Below, piece by piece: positions 24,773-27,281 of a DNA stretch of 27,281 nt (its first letter is position 1; every line of letters starts with the position of its first letter). A program made the position numbers and the translations under genes. The notes under the pieces are model-generated. The model worked only from the letters and a program-made list of their open reading frames with translations. It did no database searches and had not been told where the DNA came from. Origin of the DNA: an archaeon (GTDB lineage Archaea > Iainarchaeota > Iainarchaeia > Iainarchaeales > JAAZKV01); NCBI GenBank assembly GCA_036170245.1, contig JAVHOV010000040.1, positions 1 to 27,281 of the forward strand, given 5' to 3'.

Positions 24773-27223
24773 CTATCTGGTTAATTGCCAATCAAGCATT
24801 GGATAATCAACCCCATCATCAATAACCCATTTTTCATTATTATAATCATCAATCAACCCAATGTCCCAACCATCATTTTTAAAAGTTGAATATGTCTTTA
24901 ACTCAGCATCTGACTTCAAACCTATATGAGTATAATAATCTCCTGATTGCCATAGACCAAACATATTTGCCCACCAAGCATTTGATGTAGCATACACATT
25001 AGTATATCTAATATCTTGCGTCATTCCTCCAATATACCCTCTATAAGTTCCAAAAGGGACATCTCGTATTGTACTTGAAAAAACATTAGTAACCCTTCCC
25101 CCACTACCCCAAGCCGCCCCAAACAAACTACCTGTATAAATAGCAGATCCTTTAAATCCCCCTACCCTGTAACAATCATCAATTGTTGAAGAATAAGCAT
25201 ATCCAACCAAACCTCCTCCTGAATTCCCTCCACTTGCATTAATTAATCCTTTTGAATATGAATTGGATAGAGATGAAGAAGTTAATTTTCCCACTATCCC
25301 CCCTGTATTTGAATTCCCAACAATAGTAGTTGAAGCTGAAGAATTCGTAATTAAAGCATTACTCTCAGCAACCCCCACTATACCTCCAACTCCCCCATCA
25401 CTTGCCCCTAAACTGTTAATTACCCCATTAATATCACAATCACTAACAGTTCCTCCATTTAAATGTGCAACCACTCCACCAGCATAATTATACCCATTAA
25501 TATCAACATTAACAAGAGCTGTGTTGGAAACGTCCCCTGTAACATAACCAAATAATCCAGCATATGTTTCATTTGACTTATTTACAATTAAACTTTGTAT
25601 ATTATGAATATGCTCATCAAACCCTTTTCCATTAAAATTTCCACTAAACATAGTTGCATTCCAATTTGAATCACAACCATAACTTCTTTCACAAGTAACT
25701 TGATTACTGCACCTATCATCCAAACAAACATCTTCACTTAATACATACCAAGTACCTGATTCTGAATTACTCCAACTTGAATTATAAAAATAACAATCAG
25801 GGCAAATTTGCGAATTACTATTACACACATCTTGAGCAGTACTGCCTGATAACCATAACATACATTGTGTAGAAGTAGTATTCCAATCACAGGCAGGATA
25901 ACTTTCACAACTATCCCCATCATAGTTAGAGTTACATTCAGTGCCAGCACTTGAACAAGCTCCTGGTACTATGCTACATCCTTCATAATTAGAACATTCT
26001 TCAATATTTTTTTTAGAACATTGAATAGTTGGGTCGCAATTCCCCATATCATACCAAGTACATGTTGGAGAATGTAGTTGACATGTAGACTGCTCATAAT
26101 AATTCCAGCATTCTTCAGGACCATCACACCAACTATCCCAACTAGTCCAACTACACCCTGTATGAGAATTGCAAGTACTAGCCCCTTCATAATAATTACC
26201 ACAATAACTCTGCATATCCCCAGTACAATAAGATGCAGCCCAAGAACATCCATTTTGAGAAGAGCAATCCTCTCCGCTTGAAGCATGATTGGAACAATAA
26301 GTACTCATATTTCCTAAACACTCTTTTTGTTCATACCAAGACCCCTCACATTCAGAAATACATCTTGTTTGATTTTGATCACAGTATGAAGAATAATTCA
26401 ATTCAGTAGAACCAATATCTGTAAAAGAAGGGGCACAAAATGTATCCCCTGTCAATCTCCAAATACTTTCACACCCAAATTCATTTTCACATGTTGATGA
26501 ATTACTACAATTTGAATCATCACAATAATCTGGTTCACCTATTGGTTCCCAATCATCTCCAAAGTCAGTGTAATTTGCATCTGTAGTTCCTAAATCAGTC
26601 ATAAGTTTAAAAGAAGCATTTGGGCTTTCCCTTACATTATTCAACTGATTCCAGTCACAAACCATAAATGGATTATTTATGCTACCCTCCCCCGTATCAA
26701 AAAATCCTGTTGAAGAGTTTGTACTACAGGATACACATTTTCTTTTATATTGTGAACCATCAAATTTGTAAATAAATTGATCTCCTTCACATACTGGGTC
26801 TTTATATTCTTCAACAGCAGCACCTATAGGAGTTGCATGTTCTGTACAATCAACAGTAATTGTTTTAAAATCAGCAGTCTTAGTTAAGCCACTATCACTA
26901 ACATACTCCAACTTTACTGAGTAAGTTTTTCTTTCATTATTGCAGACAACTAAATCCTGCAACTTGAAACTTTTCTGATCCCCTGCAACAATCTGTTCAT
27001 AAAAATTATGATCAACCCCGTCAACAATAATTTTTTTTAACAGAAAATTTTCAGGATTTATATTTTTTATAACTAACACTCCGTTCTCGTCGGCTCCGGC
27101 AACAGAAGAAGAAATACTAATTCCATCCACCCCAATTTTAGAACTAGTCTCGGAAGAAGTAGCACTAACGTTAGCACTTGAATCAACTTGAGTTATAACT
27201 AATCCTACAACAATCAAACTCAA
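24773..27223 (-). CDS. large cell-surface protein with N-terminal hydrophobic anchor, GLUG-like beta-helix domain and Cys-rich repeats; 5' end probably truncated
   Basis: G.GS..NPF....QL, WEPIG, FSGNFNG.G, YAGLFGY, repeated GGIVG/GGLVG, terminal W......DYP.L.W; many C-x-C-x-GCSW repeats. Confidence 0.8.
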   Translation of the reverse strand: MSLIVVGLVITQVDSSANVSATSSETSSKIGVDGISISSSVAGADENGVLVIKNINPENFLLKKIIVDGVDHNFYEQIVAGDQKSFKLQDLVVCNNERKTYSVKLEYVSDSGLTKTADFKTITVDCTEHATPIGAAVEEYKDPVCEGDQFIYKFDGSQYKRKCVSCSTNSSTGFFDTGEGSINNPFMVCDWNQLNNVRESPNASFKLMTDLGTTDANYTDFGDDWEPIGEPDYCDDSNCSNSSTCENEFGCESIWRLTGDTFCAPSFTDIGSTELNYSSYCDQNQTRCISECEGSWYEQKECLGNMSTYCSNHASSGEDCSSQNGCSWAASYCTGDMQSYCGNYYEGASTCNSHTGCSWTSWDSWCDGPEECWNYYEQSTCQLHSPTCTWYDMGNCDPTIQCSKKNIEECSNYEGCSIVPGACSSAGTECNSNYDGDSCESYPACDWNTTSTQCMLWLSGSTAQDVCNSNSQICPDCYFYNSSWSNSESGTWYVLSEDVCLDDRCSNQVTCERSYGCDSNWNATMFSGNFNGKGFDEHIHNIQSLIVNKSNETYAGLFGYVTGDVSNTALVNVDINGYNYAGGVVAHLNGGTVSDCDINGVINSLGASDGGVGGIVGVAESNALITNSSASTTIVGNSNTGGIVGKLTSSSLSNSYSKGLINASGGNSGGGLVGYAYSSTIDDCYRVGGFKGSAIYTGSLFGAAWGSGGRVTNVFSSTIRDVPFGTYRGYIGGMTQDIRYTNVYATSNAWWANMFGLWQSGDYYTHIGLKSDAELKTYSTFKNDGWDIGLIDDYNNEKWVIDDGVDYPMLDWQLTR

Positions 27224-27232
27224 AACAATGAG

Positions 27233-27281
27233 ATAGGGGCTTTGCCCCTATGACCCCACTGCACCTTCGCTCCTCTGCGAG
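27233..27281. repeat. GC-rich hairpin element at window edge
   Basis: ATAGGGGC-TTT-GCCCCTAT followed by GACCCC and CCTTCGC; GC-rich against an AT-rich background. Confidence 0.5.

Noticed and set aside
1227..26286. Numerous plus-strand ORFs in the track (e.g. 15470-16129, 4659-5114, 19789-20268) and alternate-frame minus ORFs 25738-25950 and 25969-26286
   Set aside because: They are shadows of well-supported minus-strand genes, with F/L/S-rich composition and no motifs
27233..27281. Group II intron 3' end
   Set aside because: No recognisable domain V in the visible sequence; too little context
1..27281. CRISPR array, tRNA or rRNA genes, transposase or integrase
   Set aside because: No regularly spaced repeats, cloverleaf/rRNA-like stretches or recombinase motifs seen; intergenic gaps are short

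Overview
AT-rich archaeal window, most consistent with a DPANN-type genome such as Diapherotrites/Iainarchaeota (lineage is inference). Almost all genes are on the minus strand. It holds an acetyl-CoA/isoprenoid supercluster. This comprises ADP-forming acetate-CoA ligase and pyruvate/2-oxoacid:ferredoxin oxidoreductase (porGDAB, with a LAGLIDADG intein in the beta subunit). It also comprises a complete archaeal 'modified' mevalonate pathway from acetyl-CoA to IPP: thiolase, DUF35, HMG-CoA synthase, class II HMG-CoA reductase, two tandem mevalonate kinases, AcnX-type phosphomevalonate dehydratase L/S, UbiD decarboxylase, UbiX and isopentenyl phosphate kinase. A stand-alone GltD/SudA/NfnB-like flavoprotein lies upstream. 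Housekeeping genes (Dus, DTD2, ITPase, HD protein) and a Cys-rich GLUG-like surface protein flank the cluster. Three non-coding features stand out. (i) Two ~106-107 bp multi-hairpin elements each duplicate the start of the downstream gene and each follow an orphan ORF wedged into a conserved operon. (ii) Related hairpins occur in the PMDh-L C-terminus and at the truncated 5' end of the surface-protein gene. (iii) A palindrome related to CGTCAATTGACG lies upstream of three transcription units.
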